A DNA stretch of 63,682 bases, counting the filler, from Octopus bimaculoides (lineage: Eukaryota), in the NCBI RefSeq assembly GCF_001194135.2. It is 5 parts of 5 records of this genome, joined end to end, with 100 filler letters (N's around TTAATTAATTAA, not from the genome) between each part and the next. Parts side by side here need not be neighbours in the genome. Positions count along the whole stretch, not along the records: positions 1 to 15,806 come from NC_068995.1; 4 more parts are not named here. One strand, given 5' to 3'. A model generated the notes under the pieces. The model ran no database searches. It saw only the letters and a list, made by a program, of their open reading frames with translations, and was not told where the DNA came from. The first letter of the stretch is position 1; the number at the start of each line of letters is the position of its first letter. Of this stretch, positions 1 to 13,384 are shown piece by piece. Position numbers and translations under genes: made by a program.

Positions 1-13
1 TATATATACATGC

Positions 14-49
<36 letters not shown>

Positions 50-333
50 GCATTTATATATAAATGCACACACATAGATGCATACACCCACATACGAGTA
101 TATACACGCCCACGCTTGCATATGTGTATACGGACAGACAAATGGTAGAACAGAATAGTGGAGCGTATCTGATTTTTAAAAGCAGGAGAACATATGCGTT
201 CATAGGAAGGAAACACCAAACGCAAAAACAAACGTATCCACAAGCATATGCTCAAAACGACAGTGGTGGAATGCATATGCATAAATGTATAAACTTACAT
301 ACGTTCATGTATACATACATACATATATATATG

Positions 334-386
<53 letters not shown>

Positions 387-479
387 GGCTATATATGTGA
401 GTGTATGTACGTAGGTGCATATGTGTCAGTTGGTGCATGTATGCAACAAATATTTACGTATGTGCGTACTTATATTGTG

Positions 480-1100
480 CAATTTAAGAATTTCTTTCTC
501 AGAGTGATTGATGCAAAAGTACATTTTTCACTTCGAATTTGATCATGCCTCGTTCACATTTTCGTTGAAAGACTTCCCGTTCTCTTTTATTTATTCACCA
601 TCGCAATGCACATGACTGTGGTCTATAATATCTTTGTAACTTCCACATACACATCAGGGACTTTTTCCTTCAGTTCTAGCCGTAACACTTACTCTTCTTC
701 TTTGCAGCACAGGATTTCATTGCTTACCCTTTCGCATATACCTGCAATGACTACATGGGAACTACAGTATATGCAACATATAATACTGGCTTTTCATTTA
801 AAGTCTATAGGAAAAAGCAGTTGGACATTAGCAGATGTTAGAAGACATTACTTTTTTAGGCGTAAAACGTTTCAATCTAGCATGAAAGTCCTCATTTTAT
901 TTAATCTGCTAACATCTAATTTCAGATCTGCAGACTTGTTTTACATCATAAGTCTTCTGCCTCACGCTTGCATCGAGAAAAAAAAAACATCTAATTCTCT
1001 GACTTTGCACAGCCCACAGATCTGGAATGGGTCATTATTGGTAATGAAAACTGCCTACTCTAACGGTCACCTTCACCGATAATTAACGGCAACCCACACA
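480..1100 (-). pseudogene. Highly decayed RTE-like reverse transcriptase fragment
   Basis: Minus-strand pieces such as VLRLELKEKVPDVYVEVTKIL*TTVMC and FEVKNVLLHQ weakly resemble RTE RT (GVPEKYVRVVQDMY..TT.VRC..FKVEVGLHQG); many stops. Confidence 0.35.
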
Positions 1101-1198
1101 TTATTTTAAGATGTCTGCACATCACACTATCGCATTACCTATGCACTTCTTTCAGCGGTGAAATTAACGACATCGTAATATCCCTCTCTGTATTGCAA

Positions 1199-1307
<109 letters not shown>

Positions 1308-1928
1308 CACACTTACATATGTATAATATCCCATTCCGTGAAATATTCTACATCCTGCTCACACAAACAAATGGTACATAAAGCAAATATATGTAAATAT
1401 TGCTAATTTAATTTGTTCACACAATTCGCATAGCAATTTATCATGGTTAGGACTACTTTATTTCTTCTTCTACTTCGCGAACCTACGCGCAGCCACACAC
1501 AATCACAGAACTGCGCAAAATATATACAATTAAGCATTACATATTTGAAGAAAATGTATTCCGATCGTAACCTCCGCTTACGTTAATGGGGGCTAAAAAC
1601 ACTATACTACATCTGCTTGTTCACCATTCTATATTGCGACAGCTCCTCACGTTTTCTATCTCCTACATTTTTTGAAAATAAAGATCTTGACGAAGAACGA
1701 TTGTTAGGAACGTTTCCCAGTCGCATGGTTCCAGGTTCAGTCACACTGCGTAGTGAGTCTCTCTTACTATAACCGAGAGACAACCAAAGCCCTGTGCGTG
1801 AATTTATCAGACAGAAAGTGGAAAACCCTGTCGTGTATATTACTTGTTTCAGCCATTACACTGCGGCCATGCTATCTTGAAGAATTTTAGTCAAACAAAT
1901 GGGCTGCAGTACTTATTTTAAAGCCTGG

Positions 1929-1997
<69 letters not shown>

Positions 1998-2740
1998 CTA
2001 TATATGTATATATATATATATNNNNNNNNNNNNNNNNNNNNNNNNNNNNNNNNNNNNNNNNNNNNNNNNNNNNNNNNNNNNNNNNNNNNNNNNNNNNNNN
2101 NNNNNNNNNNNNNNNNNNNNNNNNNNNNNNNNNNNNNNNNNNNNNNNNNNNNNNNNNNNNNNNNNNNNNNNNNNNNNNNNNATATATATACACACACATG
2201 CATTATAGATTATAGACTGTATACCTTATATACAACTCTTCTGTTGGAATTGATAAAATACACAATTTTCGTTAAGCATACGAAGAAAAAGAATAAAAAA
2301 ACATAAGTGCATAAATATTCAGAGACACACAAAGACATATTGCGAAGAGCATGTCGCAACTATTGCAATTTGTCAGGAAAAAAAAATTATTTGGAACATG
2401 TTGATACTTAAGAATGTACTATCATCTACTCAGCAAAAACGTTTGTTGGCAAGTATGAAAGCTAACGCATAATACACAAGTATAATGTTTGTGTAAGGAC
2501 AATGATAGTTTTTGTCAAAGTGAGAAGTTATTATGTCCATTATCTGGAAAATTATCAAATGCTTGGCAGATGTGCGCTGTTTTGTTCACTCAATGTGCTC
2601 TTTGCTTTTATGTTCAGAACATTTAAGGTTCACTAACAAGCAACGATAAGTAGGATACAGCACGTATCAGTGTTATTCGTTAGCCAACTATTTTTATTTG
2701 TGTGATATTTTCTCAGTATAGTTGTTGAACTACTATTTGC

Positions 2741-2793
<53 letters not shown>

Positions 2794-4576
2794 TAATAAT
2801 AGTGATAAAAATTACCACGTGTTAACAAAAATGATTTCTTTGCAGTACTTATGTCATTGCTTATACGTTTGGAAAACTAGCCTTCTTATATTGAGAATGT
2901 AAATACAGCCTTGTATAAATAAATAACTGAATAAATAAATATATAAACAAATGTATANNNNNNNNNNNNNNNNNNNNNNNNNNNNNNNNNNNNNNNNNNN
3001 NNNNNNNNNNNNNNNNNNNNNNNNNNNNNNNNNNNNNNNNNNNNNNNNNNNNNNNNNNNNNNNNNNNNNNNNNNNNNNNNNNNNNNNNNNNNNNNNNNNN
3101 NNNNNNNNNNNNNNNNNNNNNNNNNNNNNNNNNNNNNNNNNNNNNNNNNNNNNNNNNNNNNNNNNNNNNNNNNNNNNNNNNNNNNNNNNNNNNNNNNNNN
3201 NNNNNNNNNNNNNNNNNNNNNNNNNNNNNNNNNNNNNNNNNNNNNNNNNNNNNNNNNNNNNNNNNNNNNNNNNNNNNNNNNNNNNNNNNNNNNNNNNNNN
3301 NNNNNNNNNNNNNNNNNNNNNNNNNNNNNNNNNNNNNNNNNNNNNNNNNNNNNNNNNNNNNNNNNNNNNNNNNNNNNNNNNNNNNNNNNNNNNNNNNNNN
3401 NNNNNNNNNNNNNNNNNNNNNNNNNNNNNNNNNNNNNNNNNNNNNNNNNNNNNNNNNNNNNNNNNNNNNNNNNNNNNNNNNNNNNNNNNNNNNNNNNNNN
3501 NNNNNNNNNNNNNNNNNNNNNNNNNNNNNNNNNNNNNNNNNNNNNNNNNNNNNNNNNNNNNNNNNNNNNNNNNNNNNNNNNNNNNNNNNNNNNNNNNNNN
3601 NNNNNNNNNNNNGTATACGCTGCTATTTGTTATAGATAAAGTAGCAACATAAGATTTCAGTTTATATTTCAAAATTTCAGATAATTTCAATAATCGGATT
3701 TATTACCTACCAATAATTCCTCGAAATTTTCTCTACCCAAGTATATTAAACAAGAATCTTGTTGGACAGAGCGTCTAAGAAATACGTCATTTAGCTTCGT
3801 CTCAGATTTTTCCGAGTTCAAATTCAACCGGGGTTTCTACTGATTTCATATATTTTAAGTGTAAAATACAAAAAGAAAAAAAAAAAAAAGAAAAATGAAA
3901 TTTTCAAAGTTTGATTCCACCAACTCTTCTCCTCTTGTGTAGCATTCAATCAATGAAACGAAATCAATATTCTATACTTGTGATTGATTCCCCCAAAGAG
4001 CAAGATGTAGGTTTTATATGAAAATAGGTGGTGTCCATACATGCAACATATAATACATACACATACACGCGCACGTACATACACACAAACACACACATAT
4101 ACATACCTATACAAGCTCACACACACACACGCGTATGTCTATGTATATATTTGTATAAGAAATTGGAGTTATCCTGAGTTGGGCAAGGAGAGAGTCATGT
4201 ATGACGTCAGCTATAGAGTATTGGAGGAAATGTCTGTATTTTTTAGTTTCTTTTTTTAACATTAAGATTTCAAATCCGAAGAGGTTTCACGCTTTTTATA
4301 TATTCTATTGTAGTACTACATTATTTGTCTTATTTCAGTTCTCTATAAACATTTGTAACAAATTTGATTGTGAAACCTTATTCAGTTCCTGCGGAAATAG
4401 TACGCGTGTTAAGTTGTGGACATACAACTATACCAATTATATGAGTATACATGTTTCATGCATACTGTTACGAAGGAGAAATAATGTTATTGATTACGTG
4501 ACTAATTTGAAGCATGCGACACGTTTTTCCTTGTTTTGTGTGTCTTTGTTGTGAGGTGGACGAGTTGAACTGGAAA

Positions 4577-4705
4577 GGAACGCGTAGTGAATTTGGTAAC
4601 GTAAAGAACGCGGAGCGTGGAGATAGCAACGTAAAGAACGCGGAGTGTGAAGGTGGCAACGTAAAGAGCGCGGAGGGTGAAGATTGTAACGTAAAGAAGA
4701 CGGGG
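4577..4705 (+). repeat. 30-bp minisatellite, about 4 units (aacgtaaagaacgcggag + 12 variable nt)
   Basis: Units start at 4598, 4628, 4658, 4688, with a partial unit upstream. Confidence 0.92.
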
Positions 4706-5578
4706 TAAACAAAGAGTAAAAAACAAAAAACACAGTGAGTGTGAAGTTGGTTACTAAAACAGTGAGTGAGACCTTGGTTAGCAAGATGGTCGGTGTAGAG
4801 ATGGAATGTGGCCAGTAGATATGAACCCAGATGGCGAAGATCCACATTATGAAATATAATAAACTCTCACTCGGGTACGACTACTTTCTTTCTAAGTAAG
4901 TTGACTTGCTGGGCGAGTTGTTGGAGCCGTGTGTGGGTAAAGGAGGCCGCAGTTTATAACAATACATATGAAGTATGAGACATCCACGTGACACTGTAAT
5001 TGATTTTAAAATTCCATCTAGAACAATCCAGAGGAAAATGTAATTCTCACCATCTGTATAAAGCCACAGCTCTTCGTCCAGGAAGTAGTTTACTAAGTGC
5101 CAATGCACAAACTCTCGGTCCTTGAGTCACTCTCATGCTTGTGTTCAATATCAATATAAATATATATGTGTATATATATATATANNNNNNNNNNNNNNNN
5201 NNNNNNNNNNNNNNNNNNNNNNNNNNNNNNNNNNNNNNNNNNNNNNNNNNNNNNNNNNNNNNNNNNNNNNNNNNNNNNNNNNNNNNNNNNNNNNNNNNNN
5301 NNNNNNNNNNNNNNNNNNNNNNNNNNNNNNNNNNNNNNNNNNNNNNNNNNNNNNNNNNNNNNNNNNNNNNNNNNNNNNNNNNNNNNNNNNNNNNNNNNNN
5401 NNNNNNNNNNNNNNNNNNNNNNNNNNNNNNNNNNNNNNNNNNNNNNNNNNNNNNNNNNNNNNNNNNNNNNNNNNNNNNNNNNNNNNNNNNNNNNATATAT
5501 ATATATATATATATATATACATACATACATACATATATATATAGAAATATATACGCATATATATATATACATATATGC

Positions 5579-5656
<78 letters not shown>

Positions 5657-5699
5657 ATGTATATAATAGAATACTAATAACGATGTTTGTTGTGTGTAA

Positions 5700-6750
5700 T
5701 GAACTAGGGACCCTTATTCTCAATTCCTGAGCTAAGAAAAAAATGATTGTAAGAATAGGCAAACTGAAATTCGTTTCATCTCTTATTTTTTGCGATATCT
5801 CCGTATTTTAGTAATCGCAGCATTTTCTTCAGTTCTCAAAAGCTTGTGCTACATCTGAATGTCAGAAATTGCTGTAGGTTTTTCTTGTATCTCTCGGTAT
5901 CCAAAGATACTTTCGTATTATTTTGCTCTGTAAATAGGTATATAAGAGATAAATTAAGTCCTAACATAGAAGACATTTGAAGGTGTACTGTAAAGTTTCA
6001 ATATATCTTGGTGCTACACTGCTGAGGTTCGCTTCAACAGGTATAAGAATCTTCTCTAGGCTTTTGTCCTCTGATAAGCAAAGGTCCAAGTTTCTTGAAG
6101 GACATGAAATTCTCCGCTCTACACATGTTTGCGATATATTTAACAAAATAATGTTGATTAGTGAAATGGATTTTTTAAAACTCAATGTAATTTATGATAT
6201 AATATTTCTTTCTTCTTTCTTTTTAAAAAGAACGGTGCTAGATGATGTTCACAAATATCTTCTCCTCATTCGTGCCACAGTACGTTTGTAAATCAGGTTA
6301 GTAACGAATGAAGTGAGTGGTACAGAATTGAATTATGCCAGTTACTACGTTGCACTTTAGTTTGGTGTTGTCAATTGCATTAGCTTGTACTGTGCATAAA
6401 AACTAATGACACACTATTATAATATATAGCCTATTCAAAGACCACTCGCAGAAAACGATTACTCCATAACAAGAACCCAGATTGTCCAACAAAAATCTAC
6501 AGTCCAAATATGTCTTAAGACAAACTGAGACTTGCAGTTGCTTCTTTCTAACTGAATTTCAAGTATGCTGTTTCGTGATGCATTATAGCTTGGATGAGGG
6601 TAAGATTTTGATATATAAACACGACTATATTGCATTTTACAGTTAGTCAGTTGCTTCTCTTCTACTGGCGATTTGTCTTCAATGTCTATTATAAAATTCT
6701 CTTGTGTGAAACATAAAAGCATTGCATCTTCATAAACTGTGGTGTAATTA
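5700..6750 (-). mobile_element. Decayed pogo/Tigger-like DNA transposase fossil
   Basis: Minus-strand remnants in the expected order and spacing: FSASG (about 6450), a degenerate IFN.DE..FF-like segment (about 6240) and FKKLGPLLIRGQKPR (about 6090, cf. pogo KLKPLLI...NPR); frameshifted and stop-ridden. Confidence 0.35.
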
Positions 6751-7274
6751 TAGTGTTAACAATATTACTTAAACCGAAGTAGATCACGACTAGTATTCAA
6801 CCTTCAATTGTCGCTATTTTATGTTTGTAGCTCTACCGTCTCACCATCAAAATTGCTCATTTCACATCCACTAATAAGTTCAGTGACCGTATTTATTAAA
6901 TAACTAATATAAAAATAATTAAAGTTCTGAATATACTGGAAAAATAATCAACAATTACGACATACCAATTTTTTCACAAATGCTGCAATTGAATTATATT
7001 TAAATTAGTTCGTAGAATCTAATAAATATGATATTTTATAGTTGATATAATTACATCGAAATATGTCTTCATTTGTTTGCGTATATTATGGGGAAATGTG
7101 TGTAATTCCATTCCGAATTTACGGAGGACAAACGGCCTCGTGTATATGTATATACTTACGTATGTACGTATGCTTCCATGTGCGTACACTGTTATGTATT
7201 TACGTATATATGTATATAATTATGTACATATATATTCATACATAGACACAGTCATATGCGTCTACGTGTATGTT

Positions 7275-7322
<48 letters not shown>

Positions 7323-8064
7323 TACAAGATAGATAGATAGTTGCACAGACAGACAGACAAAATATACAACTCCGAAGACAGCGACAGAAGCTCAAAATGC
7401 ACGTGGGCATGTCTGTGTGATTACGAAATATTTTCACAATCGTGATGATCATTACGATGCTGAATTTTATTAAATTAGTATTCGATAAGGAAACGTGGGA
7501 AATTGTGTTGAATATAGAATTACAAAATTCACTCAAAACTGCACGCACATACACTCTCGCATACTCTCACAGAACGTTACACACGTACGTCAGCATATGA
7601 AGACGTTCTAAATGGGAGCGTGTGTGCGTCACTGCGTTTCTTTAGTGTTTCTTTCGGAATGGAGTAAAGAATTGTGCAAAATGTTTGCTATGATATTCCC
7701 TCTCTCCTTCTCTTGCATTCTATGTATCTCTATACACAGATGGAGCCATACACATTCATATACATAAAAATATACACATACACAAAAATAGACACGCGAG
7801 CGCGCACACATGCATATTGGATACCTATTTATTTATATTTTCATTGTACTCAGACAATAATAATATTGACAATGACTTGGAAGTTTTAACTAGCTAAGCC
7901 TTCGTCGGACTCGACGATGATTTAGCTGGCCGAAACTTCGAACTGACAGTCAACAACATTCTTGTTTATGGATAATAAATCTGTACTCAACAAAAGTGTT
8001 TTGTGGCATTTCAGATTAATGTAAAATTGTTTTTATTATACCTAAGAATAAGGCAATGTGCTGG

Positions 8065-8385
8065 CAGAAACATTTGCACAGCAGGCAATAATGCTTTGCT
8101 GTATTTCTTTCAGTTCATACTTTCTGAGTTCGAACTCCGCCGAGGACGACTTTGCTTTTCATCTTTTTGGGGTCAATAAATTAAGTACCAGTGAAGTGAC
8201 TATTCCTCTCCCTAAAATTTCGCGCCTTGTGCTTTTAGTAGAAAGCTCGGCTAAAAAGACCGATAGAATAAGTACTAGGCTTACAAAGAATGAGTCCTGG
8301 GTTCGATTTGCTCGACTAAAGGCGGTGCTCCAGCATGGACACAGTCAAATGACTGAAACAGGTAAAAGAGTAAAAGAGTAAAGTG
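8065..8385 (+). mobile_element. SINE family B body followed by a family-A-type 3' tail
   Basis: gagttcgaactccgccgagg..ctttgcttttcatc..ataaattaagtacc, then gaccgatagaataagtactaggc..aaaggcggtgctccagcatgg..agtaaaagagtaaaagag. Confidence 0.75.
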
Positions 8386-8576
8386 TAATCGCCAGAAGGT
8401 AAGTGAGCAAGACAAATGAAAAAATACTGAATTTTCTTGAGAAGAATCTTTTCTTATTGGTCAGACCATATGGGGTCTACATCTAGGATATTGGATGTCC
8501 ACTTAGTGGTCATCCCTCTTATATATATATGTGTGTATATATATATGGTGAAGCAAATATTTGCTGATCCCTTAAT

Positions 8577-8624
<48 letters not shown>

Positions 8625-10648
8625 CAATGTTAATTCTCTAAATGAAGTATTAACAGTAACTGCACGATAAAGTGTAGTATATTTCCACTTAAGTGTGGCT
8701 GACCCCTAGGAGTGGATGTTACTGTTGCTTTTAGCCCCAGGAGGGGAGATTGCGTGTCCTTGACAATCTACTGTATGATAATCTAACTCTTAAGACTAAA
8801 TGCTTTCTCATATCCATTTATGCAATCTTGGCCTTGATTAATTCTGTTTGAGGAAAAAGGAAAAAGCAAATAAGACTAGTATAATATTGCTCTTTGGTGC
8901 AACAAATTGTTTCATTCGTACCTGGATCACTGGCTATTAATCGGTCTCTAGCTATGCTCCGTTGTGGGCTGCATATTTTTAACTATATAAATTAAAAGAT
9001 TTGTAACTCGTTCTTAAAATGTGCGCACCTTGAAAAGCAAGGTATTTCATAATTTTGTCTTTCAGAATTATAATTAACAAAAATAAACAAAATTTTCGCT
9101 TTTCGATATCTTTGCTTTGAAAGATAGTTATTTTACATGTTTCTGTCACTTTATCTCGTGTTTTTCAATTTTAATGCGTCACAAATTCAACATGAATGAG
9201 TATCAATTTTGTTAAATGCTCAATAGAAGTATTTTTATTTCATGAGATTAAGATCTGCACTGATAAGAGATGTTCTTCGTTCTGATGGTGAACATTTACA
9301 TTAGCAAAGCTTTTCATGTCACGTTAACGTTTTTGCATCGATTCAAGAGAACAATAACCGATACTATCTCGCTGCATAGCATTTAACTTCACTCGATCGG
9401 TTGTGACGACACTTAAACGACGGTCTTAGTACACGAAGGTAACTATAACCATCCCCTTACAAACGTGAGAACTTGTGACTCTGTTCTTTAGTATTTACAT
9501 TTTTGACCCCAAATAGACAAAGAAATGTCGTCCTTAACGGGGGTTCAAAACAGAATATAACATGACTAAAATATAAAGAAATCTATGTAAAGCAACCTTC
9601 TGCCAATATTAAAGCTGAATTATATGTTCACTCCAAGCACGTTCCAGTTTTATTACCGACTCACAATTTTACTGTATGCCATAAGTTGATTTTTGCATGA
9701 AATATTATCGGATATTGTTTGAGTAATTTGCCAATAATTTTATGTGTTTGTGTTTGAGTAAGCATTACTTGACTATACATAGCAGGCTGTAACAATATAT
9801 AGCTTGGATATAATACAATTCTTAATTTACGAAATGCAACAATAACTACCACAGCAATGCAAATCGAATTCTACGATCAAAGTGGCCACATACAATTGAA
9901 TCAAGCCGACTTGAAAATTCTATATTTAAAAGCAACCAGACTCTTTTGTATACATTTGATTTGGAATCGAAAAATCCTAATACATATTTCTTTTACGAAA
10001 ATAAAGTATTATCTACACATACAGATATAATAAAAAAAATTCCAGTGAAGTGTGTATTTGATCTAACCAATTACAATTTCCCATATATATTTTAGTGGTT
10101 GTGTGTTATATCCGTGTATATGATTATGAGATCTCCGTGTGCTGGGGTATGTGCAAAACTATAAACATAAATCAGAAATTTGACAGTAATTAAATATGTT
10201 AAAAATATTTCATCAATTCTCGGATCAAAAATTTTTCGGGGTTTGTCATACGGTATGAATTATCACTATGTATGAGTATGTTGTTCAAAATCATTCACCA
10301 GTTTAAAATAGCTCTACAGTAGGGCCTCACAAATCTAATTCAATGAAAAGAAAATTTTCGATTAATTATGTTTATCCATGCAATGAGTTGACAAATAGTT
10401 CTTCAAGGGAGATCTTTAACATGTACGAAAAAAGAATAAATAAAAAGAAAACTGTACCAACGGAGATAAAACTAATAAAATCAATTAATCGGAATTTTTG
10501 AAAAGCACAAAGGTTGCAAAAGCGAAGCAGATCTTATCCATTAGATATATTGTCGAAATTTATAATCAACGTCACGGCATTCACATTGTATATGTATACG
10601 GTTAACTGACCGAGTGCTTTTCTACTCGTTGAAGCATTATCATATACA

Positions 10649-10684
<36 letters not shown>

Positions 10685-11096
10685 TATTTATAAATTGAAG
10701 ATTTAATCATTAAAATAGTTATATCAGTGGCTTCGAGATGGGATATATATATATANNNNNNNNNNNNNNNNNNNNNNNNNNNNNNNNNNNNNNNNNNNNN
10801 NNNNNNNNNNNNNNNNNNNNNNNNNNNNNNNNNNNNNNNNNNNNNNNNNNNNNNNNNNNNNNNNNNNNNNNNNNNNNNNNNNNNNNNNNNNNNNNNNNNN
10901 NNNNNNNNNNNNNNNNNNNNNNNNNNNNNNNNNNNNNNNNNNNNNNNNNNNNNNNNNNNNNNNNNNNNNNNNNNNNNNNNNNNNNNNNNNNNNNNNNNNN
11001 NNNNNNNNNNNNNNNNTATATATATATATATATATTTAGATTAACAGAATGAGATAAAAATCCAAGGCTGTGAATAGTTTTCAGAATATTTATAAA

Positions 11097-11150
11097 GAGG
11101 TCTTACAGCTGTTTCCAGGATATTTTATATATGCCATCATCAGAGACGGT
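11097..11150 (-). ncRNA. Minimal type-I hammerhead-ribozyme-like motif (Penelope/retrozyme type), partly degenerate
   Basis: Minus strand reads GTCT-CTGATGA-TGGCATAT-ATAAA-ATATCCTG-GAAAC-AGCT-GTA-AGAC: intact core, GUA triplet, 4-bp stem I, palindromic stem III (ACAGCTGT); stem II imperfect. Confidence 0.6.
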
Positions 11151-13384
11151 GCGAGAAAATGTTTAAGTAGTAGTTATTGATAGAGAAGATATGAAATGCA
11201 GAGTGAAGTGAGGGAATGAAAACAGACATGAGATACGTAAGGATAATATATTTGCAGTTCCATTATTTAAGCAGAATGGTGTATATATAAGTATCCTCTA
11301 CCTTGGATGCCCATATATACAAATGTATCATGTGTTTTTGTGTGCTTGTGGGTGTGTGTAGATACATATTAAATCTGATATTGTCAGTTGTGCTTCGCCA
11401 GGGGGTTCGAAGAAGACATAAAGTTACCCGTTATTTTAACATTAAAGAAATGTTCTGCTTTCTCATTTCAATAAATATTTTTAGCTACAATTATTTCGAA
11501 TACTCCCAATAATTCAAAGTTTTGTAATCTTTATGTTAAATGTGTGTGACCCTTATTTAGTATGGAGATGACTTTTCTGCCCTATTTTGGTTCCATGAAA
11601 TTGTTACTAATTTAAATACTAAGAGAGTTATGAAAATGGTGAATATTTTCCATTTTATTGTATATATAATGGAGCTTACATTTGATATATAATATACATA
11701 TTTTAACAAAGCCAAATGCCATTTTGTTTATACTTTTGGCAACCCTCATTAAACAGATGTATAATCAAATACGATTTAATCTTGCCTAAACTTAAATTTG
11801 CATATCAACGGTTAATGTATATTATTGTTAATGAATGGTGGTTGTATCTGAAATGAGACCGGTTAGGCTGCTATTTCTAACAATGCCGAACGAATGTCTT
11901 TATGCTTTCTTACTGAACCATAACGTAAATATATATACGTTTTGTTTTGTTTCTTTTAACCTTTAACCAACCACGATGTACCAGACATTTGTTCGAAAGC
12001 ACTGCATCTCTGTCCATCTCATCTTCTCGGAAATATGAAGGGCTGGATTATCTACTGCGTCCTTGGTGTGATCTGATGATGCCATAGCTGCGATTTCAAA
12101 TAGATCTTTACCCAAAGATATTACTAGTCTTTCCGACTCGACAGCGAAGAAGTCAGACTGTAGTTGCTGGACATACTAGAATGAAACGGTGGAATTGTTT
12201 TTCAAAAAGACCAGGACCTGTCGTTTTAAAATAACTGCACATAGCGGATAAAATAGTCATCGTTACACTACTTGGAAACCAAGAATCGTCACAATTGGAA
12301 TAACTTTGGTCATGATTCAACGCGATCGGGATCGGAATGACATTGGGTTAAAGAGCAACAACTATCTTGCTACCTACTGTTCAATAGCACTACCTTGCAT
12401 GATATTATGCTTACGATAAGGGAGTTTTGCCAACATATATTTATATGTTGTATAATTGATGATTTGTGATCTGGGATGTTGGAGTGTTTATTATTTCTCT
12501 GCCAGTTGCAAACAAATCAAGGCTAAATAATTAACTTTCTGTTTTACTTTACTCATTTATATTTAAATAAAAGTATATACATGTACTGATGTTTGCACAG
12601 AAAGAGAAAAGTGAGTTATAAAACGAATCGTTAATTCACTAATGACGACAAGTTATACAATAACTGCATATTTATGGAGATATATTGACGCAGAACGTGT
12701 CTGTGTGGTCATGTACTTTGACTAGCAATCATGGGTTCTTTGGCTTGATGGTCGTGATCGTCATATTAGACAAGAATCATGAATATGAGGTTAGTGAATC
12801 CAAGTGAAAGGAATTTGGTTGAGAGAAAGAGCGTAGAAGACCCACGGATGAACTGCATCAGTGATAAAGATGCTCAGATTTATAGTTTGCTTGGCGCAGA
12901 TTCGGTTTCGGAATTTCAATAAGTATTGAAATATTCAGCTACTTCCACGTTAAATTACTGATGTCCAACATTTTTTATGGTTTTAATCGCGGTTGGAGTG
13001 TATCAGAGCTGATGATCCGTATTAGGGCCTCTTTCTGGAGAGATAAATAGTTAGGAAGACACCATAAAACGATTAACCTGGGTCAAATATTTACCCAGTA
13101 TGGCCACACGCTCGCGAAAAAACACCCAATATGCCAAGGGATGCTTGTAAGCCGGTGACTATTTAGATATGTTAATGTATCACCCACATAGGCTCTGCAT
13201 GATGAAATTAGGTTATGTGTGTGTGTCCATGTGTGTGTGTATGTGTGCGTGTGTTTGTTTTTATGTCCAGTTATAATAAAAACATTTTAAAATTAAACAT
13301 GGATTACACTATACTATTGTAGAGTACAAATTTGCTATTCTTAAACAAGAATGTATATTACTGATAGTAACTTCGATGTTTCGG

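Noticed and set aside
4577-4705. CRISPR-like constant/variable repeat
   Set aside because: Eukaryotic context, 12-nt variable parts related to each other, and no cas genes; it is a minisatellite.
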